NCBI GenBank assembly: GCA_033442325.1
Contig: JAWQFM010000016.1
Span: forward strand, 727,650-791,649
DNA length: 64,000 bases
Direction: 5' to 3'
Source of the DNA: Salpingoeca rosetta
Taxonomy: Eukaryota; Protista; Choanoflagellata
Part shown: positions 12,162 to 24,649 of the stretch, in pieces
Numbering within the stretch: the stretch's first letter is position 1
Layout: every line of letters begins with the position of its first letter
The notes under the pieces: model-generated
What the model saw: the letters and a program-made list of their open reading frames with translations, nothing else
The model's database searches: none
What the model was told of the DNA's origin: nothing
Made by a program: the position numbers and the translations under genes

Positions 12162-14900
12162 CACACACACACGCACACACACACACACACACACACAGGA
12201 GCTGTCGGAGCTTGATGAAGGGGAGCGTGCGTACGTGCCTTACTTTCGACAATACATCACGTGCCTGAAGCACACGAACATGTGCGCTTGAGTTGCTTGC
12301 TGCTCGCTTGCTACATGTGTCGCTGTGCGTGCCTGTGTGGTGACGTGTGTGCCATCTTCCCACCACATCTGACCATTGCTTCTGTTGCATGCATGCATGT
12401 ATGCATGCATATGCGTGTATTCATTTGTGTATCCACGCGTGTACTTTTGTACTCCAGATCCACGCTGGAGAGCGAATGGCTGCACCTCGACGCGCTGTGG
12501 ATGAAAGTGACGACTCCAATTCAGGTTGGCGCTCGCGCTCGCGTTGGTTGGCTTCTGTGTGTGTGTGCGTGTGTGTGTGCGTGTGTGTGTGCGTGCGTGC
12601 GTGCGTGCGTGCGTATGTGTGTGTGCGTGGGTCGTTGGTTGTGCGCGTGTACTTGCGTGCGCATGCGTTGCTGCACATGTGTATGTGAAGCGTGCGTGCG
12701 ACTTTTCTGGCTTGCACTTCACGCATGCAGCGCGATGGAGCGCCCAAACGCAACAGCAAATGCTGTCCACATTGTGTGATCGCCGAACGAATGCATGAGC
12801 GCGTTTTAACGCCTGTGCCGCCTTTTTACCGTCGCCCTCATCTTTTGACTGATGTTGTGTTGCCTCAGGTGGTCCACGATTTGGTGCGCGGGCTCGCAGA
12901 CCCGCTCCGCGCGAAGATCCCACCAGACTTCTCAATCAGGTCACACAGACAGACATACAGCCAGCCAGCCAGCCAGCCAGACAGACAGACAGACAGACAC
13001 ACAAACAAACAACCACACACACACTCACACAAACACACACTTACACGAACAAACACACGCACGCACACAAACAAACACACCAACACACCAACACACACAA
13101 ACAAACAAACACACACACACACACCAACACACACATACACGCTGACTTCCACATTTTTCTACGCAAGGAGAGGGCTCACTTGCCCATGCATTTCCTCTGT
13201 TTCCTCTGTTTGCATTTCATTGACAGAATTCGGGACGACAGCTTTGTGGACGCACAGGCAAAAATCGCCACCATCACCGAGTCAATGGTGTGTCGAAACA
13301 CACTCTGCACGTGTGTGCACGCAACTCGTGTGCACAGTTGTCTGATGTCCTTGCCCGTCGGGTTCTCAAACGCTCGCGCCTGCCACACACTCCCACCCCA
13401 CTTCCAGTGCATCGCTTGTCTCCTCGATCCTACCCACCCATATTCACCCCTGGCTTGGTCTTGTGCTCTGCTGCAGAAATCCTTCTACTCAAGCCGCAAC
13501 ACTCCTCTCGGGGACGCGGGAGCACAGAAGCTTGACGCCAGCCTGGCCGGCTTCTTCATAGTCCCCGTCTTCGCTGGCCTCTCCCTGCACACGGGCCTAA
13601 GGTACGGCGCGTTCATGTGCATGTTGCGTGTGCGTTTGCGCATGCTCTGTGTGTGTGTCTGTGTGTCGATGTGTGTGTCTGTGTGTGCATGCTCTGTGTG
13701 TCTGTGTGTGTGCATGCTCTGTGTGTCTGTATGTGTGCATGCTCTGTGTGTCTGTATGCGTGCATGCTCTGTGTGTCTGTGCGTGCATGCTCTGTGTGTC
13801 TGGGTGTCTGTGTGTGCATGGGTGTCTGTGAGTGTGTGCCTGTGTGTCTGTGTGTCTGTCTGTGTTGCTTCGTGCTTGTCAACACGCCGTGCGTCTACCC
13901 TTGCATTTTCTCATGACCTGCCACCCTGTTTCACCTTGTTTCATCCGTTAACACACCACCACATCATCGCGTCATCACGTCATACACCGCCATATCGCCA
14001 ACCAAACCGACAGGAGCCTGAAAGCGCCCGCAAATCAGCTGATGCGCAACGATTACGGCATCAAACTCCTACTCGACTTTCCGACAGCCGGAACGCGACT
14101 GCACAAACTGCGAGAACACATTCTCCAGGTGCGTGCGCGTCGCGTTTGCCGTTTAACATCTGCATGTTCGTCTTTGTAAGCGGGTTATACGTGCTCGCGT
14201 GCGAGACTGTTGTCATTGCTCTTGTTCGTGTGTGCAGCGTGGGCATGTTGATGCGTGCGGATGTCGCTATCCGCTGATCAAGATGCATGCATGTCATCCA
14301 TTAATCATGCTCGCCTCAGGTTGTTGATGAGCCCGTGCAGCACTGCCAGTACCTGGATGCACTCACGTCGCTCGTGTGGAACACCGTCCCGCATGAGGTG
14401 CTTCACTCATCCGCTACACACACACACACACACGCACGCACACACACACATGTTGGCGTGCTTGCGCGGTGTTTGTGTTCTCACGCGCGCGTGTGTGTAT
14501 CTGTGCGTGCACACACCAAATACATGTCGGTGCTGGGGCAGTTGTCGCACACGGCATACAACCTCACAACGCTTGACGGTGCCGGACAAGTGCCTGCAAT
14601 ATACATGCTTGAAGAAGTCAGGTACGCCAGTGACGAGCAATTAATTGATTGTCTTGGCCTTGCTCCGTGCTGTCTCGCACGTTTCCTCACACCTGAGCCA
14701 TCCCTCCAAACTTGCTTGTTGTGAACTTCATCAATAGGGCGAGCTTGGCCGTGTTGCACAACGTATCGCTTCAGGTCAAGGCGAACACCGTCACCGAGCA
14801 AGGTGCAGTCATTCGTCCACTGTTCCACGACCGCATGCTTCTTGCTGTCATGTTTTCGGTTGGCCGGTTCTTCACGACAAATGGATCATATTGACCGACA

Positions 14901-14994
<94 letters not shown>

Positions 14995-15652
14995 GCAACA
15001 GCAGCAGCAGCAGCAGCAGCAGTTTCATCAGCAGCAGCACGCGTATGAGCAGGTGCCCCCAGCCTCAACGTCTGCATTTGTTGAGCCACAGACCGCATAC
15101 AACCAAAGCACAGACCCCTTTGCATCGTACCCGCCGACTGACCAGTACCAGGAGCAGCACCAGTCACAAGTGTCGGCTGCATATGAGCAGCCTGTGTCCC
15201 AGCAGCTGACATCCGCGCTCACGTACGATGACGTCGCTTACACAGCAGCGGGGCACCAGCACGATCAGCATTTGCCACAACAGCACCAGCAACTGTCACC
15301 ACCACCACAGCAGCACCAGCAGCACCAGCAACTGCAACCGTACGGACAGCCAGCTATCCAAGGGAATGTCGGCTCGCAAGCCGTGGACACGCAGACGTCA
15401 CACGCAGTCCCGGGTGGCACGCAGCAACCGCAGCACAACCCCTCGTTTGAGGACGCGTTTCCATCACAGCTGCCCTTGCTGGACGACGCCAGCAAGCAGC
15501 AGCAGCAACAACACCACCAACAACAGCAGCAGCAGGAGGAACAGGCCCTTCCCCAGCTGCCGTCTGCTCCCAACTCGTACACGACGGAGCAGCAGCCTTA
15601 CCTTCCCCCCGAGCCGTACCAAGCGCCAAACGGCAGCGCCTCCCAGCCATAA
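10265..15652 (+). CDS. CiaB-like (Campylobacter invasion antigen B / DPP III-related zincin) metallopeptidase with Q/P-rich tail, ~14 exons
   Basis: Spliced motifs [11 protein letters not shown]...[33 protein letters not shown]|[43 protein letters not shown]|LSH (HExxH) and MLEEVR|ASLA (EExRA). These recall CiaB W.xVDRAWMKI.TPIQIGH..., HEYGH and EEFKA. Joining to the Q-rich ORF (to 15652) is inferred; the alternative stop is at 14894. Confidence 0.7.
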
Positions 15653-16295
15653 CTGCAGAAGCCACAGCAAATACTTTACATGTGCCTTTAGCCCATTCAA
15701 GCCCTGTGACCGCTGGTTTCATTGTTAGTGTCAACTGTTCGCGCTGTGTGTCGTTGGTTACCCTTCTCCATTACCACACGAAGACTTTTTGCGTGTAGCG
15801 TTACTTGATCATCGATTCACCATTATGTGCTTGGGTTCATGTGGCTGTCGGCGTGAGGTGCACTGAACATGTTTTATGTCTTGCGTGTTTGTTCGTGCAA
15901 GCCCCACTCACTTCACAGTTTGTTCCCTTCAAGTGTAACGTGGACTTTTGATGTCAGTGGGCTGGTTCATGCGAGCACCCACGCGCTGTACTGCCTCGAG
16001 TGACGCTGATGCATTCCGCGTAACCCACGCAGTTGCTGGGGTTGAAGGGGCGTTGATGTTGGTAACTCAAGAGGAAGAAGGCTGCAAGCCGAGGAAAGCA
16101 CGCAAGCAGCGTAACTGCCAAAATATACCTCTGCCGCACATAACATGACAGGAAACACATCAACCAAGGCAAGCAATTCCTATTCTGGGAGGAGGTGAAG
16201 CTTGTCACGACGAGCAAGGATGATGAGACAATTGCCACGGACGGATACCGCCCTTGCCACGGTGAACCACAGAGCGGGATGATGGGTATCATACA

Positions 16296-16470
16296 TCAAA
16301 GCTCCTCTCGTTGCGCAGGCTCAGATTCAATCACTTCAATCTCAAACCGCACGGGCGAGTGCGGCGGGATAGTTTTCGGCGTGTCAACCTTGCTGTACCC
16401 ATACTCGCTGTCACACGTAATGTACGCTCGTTCACCTGTGTTGTGTGTTGTGTGTGTGTATGTGTGTGTA

Positions 16471-16504
<34 letters not shown>

Positions 16505-19500
16505 TGTGTGTGTGTGTGAGTGTGTGTGTGTGTTCGATCTAATACAAAGGAAATGTTTGCACACACAATGCACGCGCAATCGCTCACAGCACAAATCAGC
16601 AAGAGCGCTTTGCATACCGAGCGACATGCTGGAGACGCCAATGTCCCAGCAGCGGATCGCCATGCCCGTGCCGAGTTTGAACATGTAGGGCACACCGTCG
16701 TCCCTGTTTGATTCACACGAAACAGCGGTGCATGACGGTAGCACGAGGGCATGGGACAGCGAGACGTTGGCAATGAGTATGATGCAAAGAAGGGGCACAC
16801 AGGCAGGGGCGCACGCATGTTTATGCATACATACATACATACATACATACATACATACATACATACATACATACATACATACATACATACACACATACAT
16901 ACATACATACATACATACATACATACATACATACATACATACATACATACATACATACGTACATACATGCATACATACACACATACATACATACATACAT
17001 ACATACATACATACATACATACATACATACATACATACATACATACATACATACATACATACATACATACATACATACATACATACATACATACATACAT
17101 ACATGCATACATACATACATACATACATACATGCATACATACATACATACATACATACGTACATACATACATACATACATACATACGTACATACACTCGC
17201 ACACACAACACAGCATGTATGGGAACACAACCCACATGGTGTTTTCGAAGACCGTGCCATTGGGCAGCGATCCAATCATGTGGACGGTGATTGTGGAGCC
17301 TGGGGTGAGGAATTTGCCGGAACCAGGGTGGATGACGTGCTTGACAACCCCGCCATCCTGCGTCAAGGCCTCCTGTTGTTGCGCCCATCCACCAGAACAA
17401 AAGCATGCGAAATGCATGAGCGTGGCGACGAGAACAAACAACGCACGCACGTCTGATCATGATGCAAGGAAATCTGGTGCGTTGCCCGCGGAACAAACAG
17501 AACCGTGATGCCATGTACGGACGCATGCGTGATGGAGATGCCAATTGCTCACGTGGCTCAAGTGGGACAGCTGGTCCACAAACTCCTGGAATACGCCCCG
17601 CTTTCTCGCTTTCTCTTCTCCCGTCTGCTGGCACAGAGCACGCAGGCGCAAGTGAGCGCCACAAAACTTCAAGAGCCATAATCGCCACACGCATACTTGG
17701 ACACGAGCGTCCAATGAACTTGGTGTTGTACGCTTGCACACCCGTGGGTTTGTGTTTGGCTGACAACACGCACCTGCGCTTTCAACTCCTTGACGTTTGC
17801 CTGGATTTGAGCCCAAGTCTTCTTCACCGCGGGCACATTCGCCTTGAGCCACTTGAGGATGCGAGAGCGCTTGATGGAGCCCGTGTACGCCTAAACATGA
17901 GGGAGAAGGAGGAAGGAAATGGTGAGGAAGAGGGGGGACGCAGCAAAAAGAACAGTTGGGAGGGGGCGGATGTGAAGCGAAACAAAGTGTGGACATCTCG
18001 CGAGGACGCCATCGCTGTCGAGCCATACCGGACTGACAGAGCCCGCACGTGGAGGAAGAAGGCGACAACGCACAACACGGCACGATAGTTCTCCCTCCCC
18101 GTCTCCCCTGCCTCCTTCCCTTCCCGCGCACCTTTGGTCGGGCAGTGTGGTCCATGGTGTGGGTCCAGAGAAACCCCTTGAGGTTGGCAGCGTTGAAGCG
18201 CTGGCCGTGACCCGGCGGGGGCGCATTCCCGCCAATGTTGTACACACCGATGATCGCGCCACTCGCCGACAGCACGTGTGCAGTCTGAAGTTGTGCGAGC
18301 GAGTGTGTGAGTGAGCGAGTGTGAGCGTGAGTGAGTGAGTGAGCGAGAGAGTGTGCGCGTGCGAGTGTGCGTGCGAGTGTGCGTTAGCGCGTGTGTGCGA
18401 GTGTGCGTGAGAGAGTGAGTGAGTGTGCGTGAGAGAGAGTGTGTGAGTGAGTGAGTGAGTGTGAGCGAGTGAGTGTGAGTGAGTGTGTGTGTGTGTGTGA
18501 GTGAGTGAGTGTGGGGTCATGCGTGCACGTCCTGCACTCAACGCCCCTCCACCAAAGTCAACAGCTCACCTCTTGCAGTATAGCACGCGCCCTCTGCCAA
18601 GACGGGTGAAGTTCGTGGCAGAAGAACAGCAGCACGTCTCGATCTCCATCCACAAACGGTTCAAATGTACGCAGAGACACCTGAACTCAACAGAATGTGC
18701 GTGTGTTGACGTGTGAACGTGTGTACGTGTGTATGCATGTGTATGTGTGCATACGTGTTTGTGTGTGTGTGTGTGTGTGGTGACAAGCTGGGGGCGTATT
18801 GGGTCGGTACAACAACAGCATGTGTACTTCAGCGCAGGAAGGTGTTCTGACCCACCCCACACAGCCCAAACCTTTGCCAAGTGTCCTGGTTCAAACGACG
18901 TGTCGCCTGCCTCTGTCTTGGGCGCTGCCGTCAGTTCGCCCGCAAGAAACCGCGACACGAAGCCGGCAACCTGCGAAGGAGTGGTTGGCGATAGCGGGCC
19001 AGGATGGTGATGGCGGGTGGTGGTTGTGGCGTCGACGCAGACGCAGCTAGAAGCACACAAGCACGCAAGTGCACAAGCGTGCACGAGTTCATACGTCATG
19101 AGAGAACACACCTCTGCTTGTGTCAAACTCTTCGTGATAAGGGGATAGCGAGCGCTTTGTGGGAAGGCGTTCTCTGCAATGCCAAACGCGGGCAGGGAAC
19201 TTTCATGGATGCCTGCAGAGGCACAAAACAAACAAAACACACACACGTGTACACACACATACAGACACACACACACACGCGCGCGCGGAGATGTACATAC
19301 GCATGCACATGTACATACACACACAGATGTGCATGGAATATCCGGAATGAGTGAGTTGCGCACTGGTTCACCATCAAGAATGAAAGCATTTGGTGAGAAA
19401 GGTGCATGAGCATGAAACAAACCATAGTCGTCGCGAATTTCTGGAAACTCTGATGTGACATATGTACAGGTGATTGCATCACGGTAGCTTGCAGCCACGC

Positions 19501-20186
19501 TTTGCAAGAGAGCGCGTGCCTGCTGCTTTGCTTGTGCGTCCTATTGCAACATAAAACGCACGTAAAGAGGAAAAGGCGATGAGCCAGCGTGTGTGCGTGC
19601 ATGCATGCATGCACGTGTGTGTGTGTGTGCGTGTTTGTGTGTCGACGTGAGTTGTGAACCAAACCCGGAGAACAGGTCGAACAAGCCTGTCTGCATGTGC
19701 TACTTTGAATCTGTCACCCCAGCACTATAACAACTGATAATCGCCACCACCCTCACCACAACAACGACCACAGCAACGGCCACAGCAACGAACACCATGC
19801 CTTGAGTCATCATCACACGTCATCATAGTCTTCACCACCAGCACCAGCACCAGCACCAGCGTTGGTTCTACCTGCACAAAGAGGTGGGCAACAGGAAGAC
19901 CAGAGCGCTCGAGTGTTTCGCGCGACGTCCACGTGAACTTGACGACAGGCGGCAGCCTGATGACACGCAGTGCAAGGCAGAGAGCAGAGAGGGGAGGTCA
20001 ACAGGGCGGGGAGAGTGTAACATCGGACATCAACACACAGAGATTCGTGGTGGTGGTGGTGGTGGAAAGCTGTTGTTGGCTGTTTCTGTTGATGTGAAAG
20101 CGAGGATGGGGAAGCAGACAACTAAGTCGGACAGGTCAGTTTGGGGGTGAAGGGCAACTAGACGGAACCCCAAGCTCAGACATGGC

Positions 20187-20276
<90 letters not shown>

Positions 20277-20492
20277 GCAGGTGGCACGTTCTGACGTTCT
20301 GATGAGGGCCCAGTGCGTGAGGTTGGTGGAGAGAATGGCGTCACCGGAGAGCGACTCATAGTCGCCATCTTCGCTGCGAAACACAACAACCGCGGGCGGC
20401 TGGACGGGCGCAGAGGAGTCAGCACGTGGCGGGGTCGCGCAGTCGTGCGTGTGTGAGTGTGGATGCAAGATTCCACACAAACTGGGGATGTG

Positions 20493-20528
<36 letters not shown>

Positions 20529-21114
20529 CCGCACCTGAATGTCATGGAAAACGCTGGTGGCAAGACCCAGGATGAAGAGTTCGCGTGTGGCGTTGGCTGC
20601 ACCCCATTGCGTGAAGGCGCTCTTGTGTGCAGTATCAGCACTGCCAAACACGCCCACAACTGCAACAGTCTTTCGGCGCTCTGCATGTTGGGGCAGCGTG
20701 AGTGATGGCGGGAAAGTGAGGTTATGTGGTACAAAGACAGCAAGTGTACACGGTTATGCGCTTCTGCACACGCAGTCACAATCAGACAGGCAGCAGGGAG
20801 AATGGATTCGCAGGTAGACAGACACGGACGAACACGCAGGCAGACGGACGAACACACGCACACATGCACGCACACACGCACCTTGCCACGGCGCGGGAAC
20901 GGACGATTTGTGCTCGATGAGCGAATCAAAGACCTGCGCGGGGGATGAGAAGTCCTTGAAAGGAGCAGATGTGTACAGCGACACGCGCTCGTACAGCACA
21001 TCCTCCTCATCATCAAACGAGATGGCCCGCGGCTGTGGCGAAGCCAGCGGTTGCACATGTGTGTGTGTGTGTGTGTTGTTGTTGTTGTTTAAGTTGTTGT
21101 TGTTGTTGTTTAAG

Positions 21115-21178
<64 letters not shown>

Positions 21179-21183
21179 CGTCG

Positions 21184-21236
<53 letters not shown>

Positions 21237-22278
21237 CGTCGATTGGTGGAAAGGAGGGTGAGCATGTTCAGCGCAACGGTGTTCAAAGGATGTGCAAAGT
21301 AGATTCGCACACATCACATCACACACATCACATCACATCACATCACATCACATCACATCACATCACATCACATCACACACACACACATATCAAATCACAC
21401 ACACACACACATAACATTCGCGCACATCACACACGCGCACAAAACATGCCAAAAACTGTACCTGCGACGTGTCGCGGCTGTAGATGTGCAGCACACATTG
21501 GCCGTCACACGTCTTGTTGAGGCTGTGGCGCAATGCCCGGTTGTCCACAAGGTCAACATGGGCGAACACCACGTCATCCCGCTGCTCATGGAAGCGCCGA
21601 GCAACCCTAACAAATGCCCTTCTCGCTGGATTGCACGCACGACACCAACCAAGATCGGCGTCCACCACAACAAAGCTCGGGTTCGCTTGCAGCACCGAGG
21701 TGGACAGCGGCGTGACGCGGGTGTCCGCATACAGTACACCTGCGTCTTCCCCGCTCTCTGTCTCGTCAATGAGGCTGTCATCAAAGCTCTCCCAGTCCAC
21801 AACGATGCGCCTGCAACATACAGTCACGGGGCACGAGCGCAGTTGTCCACGAGTGAAAACGCACGTATACGAGTGTGAGCACGTGCATGTAAGTGTACAA
21901 GCATGCATGCGAGCGCAAAAGCAGCTATACGAAGGTACGAGCGCGCTTTCTCGAGTTGGAACATGTACAAAGTGTTGCACACACCCACAATGCACGCCAG
22001 TGAAACTTGAGCATGCAAAAAAAAAGGGGGGGGGGCTCCATACACCCATTGCTGACCTTACCCTGAGAATGCCGTTGGGTTCTCTTCGAGGCGGTCAAAG
22101 GCGTGAGGTATCTCTTTGGTCAGGCTGCAGGACAATTTCGTGGCTGAGACCGGGTGGCACTCGGACTTTTCAGCCACAATGTCCTCGCGCAGCTCCAGCG
22201 TTATTCCAGCTTCCTGCACACATCGTGTGTAGCGTCGATGAACAGCGTACGGAAAGAAGGCGGAGATACGCAGTGTGG

Positions 22279-22310
<32 letters not shown>

Positions 22311-22746
22311 TGTACATGCACACACACATGCACACGTATACATACACAAACGCACATGCACAAACACACACAAGTATGCACACGAGCATGCACATGCACA
22401 TGCACACACGCATGCACACGTATACATACACAAACGCACGCACACACACATGCACATACACACGCACACACACGCACACACACATGCACATGCACAAACA
22501 AACACAAACAACAACACAAACAACAACACAAACACAAGGACGCACCTCAAGATCGGAACACGTGAGGAGCAAGGTTGCACGCTCAAAGACAGCCGTGGGA
22601 GCGGTAGGGCAGCTGTGAGTGATGTGAAGCTTCAAGGCCTGAGCCGTCTGCGACCACTTGATTAGCGGAGGGTCTGCTTTCGCTGTGGCTGCACCAGCTG
22701 TGACAGCCAACACAGCCACCACAACCACAACCACCAGCACTGCCAT
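16296..22746 (-). CDS. Secretory multidomain foldase: signal peptide - CS/p23 domain - PDI-like a(WCRAC)-b-b'-a'(no CxxC) - FKBP PPIase - REEL ER-retention signal
   Basis: Signal peptide [24 protein letters not shown] domain PPLIKWSQT...[12 protein letters not shown]...[10 protein letters not shown]. Thioredoxin a: [13 protein letters not shown]...VVFAHVD. b: [18 protein letters not shown]. b': LPPVVKFT...[11 protein letters not shown]. x-linker [17 protein letters not shown]. a': [20 protein letters not shown]: [17 protein letters not shown]...[22 protein letters not shown]|[13 protein letters not shown]...[13 protein letters not shown]. Ends QREEL* (TGA 16296-16298). Confidence 0.8.
16826..17195. 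repeat. (TACA)n tetranucleotide microsatellite inside an FKBP-domain intron
   Basis: About 370 bp of atac repeats. Confidence 0.97.
21075..21238. repeat. (GTT)n intronic microsatellite
   Basis: Long gtt/ttg run followed by (atcac)n at ~21312-21375. Confidence 0.95.
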
Positions 22747-22887
22747 CAGGTCAGCGGTGTCGCAGGACCACTACCAAATCCTTTTAACAGGACAATCCAC
22801 TAAAATTAGGCACAGAGGTGAGTTGTGAAGATTTGTGGGCATTTTCCAACAAGATTCAACACCTTCTTGAAAACGTGCACACCGAAG
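22747..22887. promoter_or_regulatory. Putative bidirectional promoter between the foldase gene and mL50
   Basis: Only 141 bp separate the two divergent ATGs (22746 minus, 22888 plus). Confidence 0.5.
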
Positions 22888-24251
22888 ATGGCAGCGAGGC
22901 GGCTGGCGACGGTGGTGGCACAAGGGTTGGTGTCGCGTGCAAGCCATGCAAGCAGAACAGGGTCAATGGCGGCGGCAACAGCAGCAACAGGCATGCCTGC
23001 GCTTGCTCCTACTACTACCCAAATCTTGGCGCAACACAGCATGAGCATTTGGTCCAAGATCTTGAAACCAAGCCAGGAGGAAGAGAAGAAGGAGAAGACA
23101 CAGGATGCGGTGGCTGAGCCCCAAGACGTGCAACCTGCCGGAGAAGCCTTCAAGTGCGTGAAGTGCCGTGGTCTGTTGGTGACTGCAGGTGTATGATGGC
23201 GCTCGTGTGTTGGTGTTGCCATGCTGTTGACAACAGGCTTGTGCATGCCTTGGTTCCTCATCCGTGAACACTTTCCTGCCCCACACGCGCAAGTATGCAA
23301 GTGTGTGCACGCTTGCCTTAGCTCACGCGCTCTTGATGTGCTCTGTTGAACAGGGGTGTGGAAACAAAGGCGGTGCCCGAGTCTGTGGATGTGTTTGTAA
23401 AGGAGCGACTAGCATCCCTGAGGTCAAGTGCTGGCTCTTCAATCAGCGACAAGACAAGGCTGTCATCGCTGCGCGAAAAGTACTTGGTACGTGTTGTGGG
23501 GTGCACGGCAGTCATGACATGTGCAAGTGACGTGGACTGCTCATCTTTTGCTGTTGCATTTCTGGGCCACCTGAGTCATTACGTGTGTGCGTTTGCTGAC
23601 ACCTTTACTTCCTGCATGCATTGTCTGCCTGTGCTGTGTGCAACGCCCCCACAGCTGCTTGCAGAGTGCGAGGAAGCATTCAACCAGCATGTGGACATGA
23701 ACATGGTGTCCAAGCTTGACACAGTTCAGGTGAGTTGAGTTGACCCCTGAGGGGTCTTTGCTTAGCGTGCTGTTTATGCGACAAGCGCAAGGGCGACTGG
23801 GAGAGAGAGAGTGTGTGTGTGTGTGCGTGCGTGTGTGTGTGCGTGTGTGGCTGCATGTTGCTTGCTCGCTTGATCAATCGCTCCAGCATCCCTCAGTAGC
23901 TCGGCTGTGGCATCAGCCGCTAACGCTTTGGTCTCGCTTCTCTCTCTCACTCTCTCACACACACACACACTCTCTCTCTCACACACACACACTCACGTCA
24001 CACACACACACACACACTCTCTCTCTCACGCGCACACACACACTCACGTCTCTCTCCACAATCGTGATTCTGGCTCCATTCACCTGATCATGGTCGCCGC
24101 ACCCCCTTTCTTTCCTTTGCAGCACGTTGTCAAGTACTTTGAGAAGAAGCTGAACGCGGAGCCGCGGGAGTTTGGATGGCGCCTCCGCAGAGCCGAGCCG
24201 CTGCCACAAAACGTCGTCGTCTCAGACCCAGACATTGCCCACACACAGTGA
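22888..24251 (+). CDS. MRPL50: Mitochondrial large ribosomal subunit protein mL50-like, 4 exons
   Basis: Presequence-like N-terminus MAARRLATVVAQGLVSRAS. C-terminal LSSLREKYL|LLAECEEAFNQHVDMNMVSKLDTVQ|HVVKYFEK...PLPQNVVV fits the Ribosomal_L50 pattern. Exons ~22888-23154, 23354-23487, 23654-23729, 24123-24251. Confidence 0.65.
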
Positions 24252-24277
24252 CTCTGGCAAAGTGTGGACATGTGTGT

Positions 24278-24316
<39 letters not shown>

Positions 24317-24649
24317 ACAACGGAGGAAGACATTTTCAATACTGCATCTGGAACAGTGACTGATTGGTTGGCTTACATTACACGGTCCGCAATCGTATCA
24401 CGTTATGGCCGCTGAGTGCGACTGTTGGTTAATTTACTGGCGTGCAGGTGCTCGAGAGAAACTAAACCACGTGTGCGGCACAGGTGTAAACATGTGTGAA
24501 TTCGTATCTGGTTTGGTGGATTGATGCAAGACATCATCTTACGCGGGTGAAAAAAAAAAAAAGCAGTCCAAGACAGCACAGCACGTCTTCGAAGCGTTCT
24601 ACACAATACACACGCATGCACGGGGCAAATAGCGCGCGTCCACGATAGA

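Noticed and set aside
16331-17769. ORFs of (MYVC)n / (HTYI)n resembling metal-binding repeat proteins
   Set aside because: A (TACA)n repeat inside a GT-AG intron that separates two FKBP exons.
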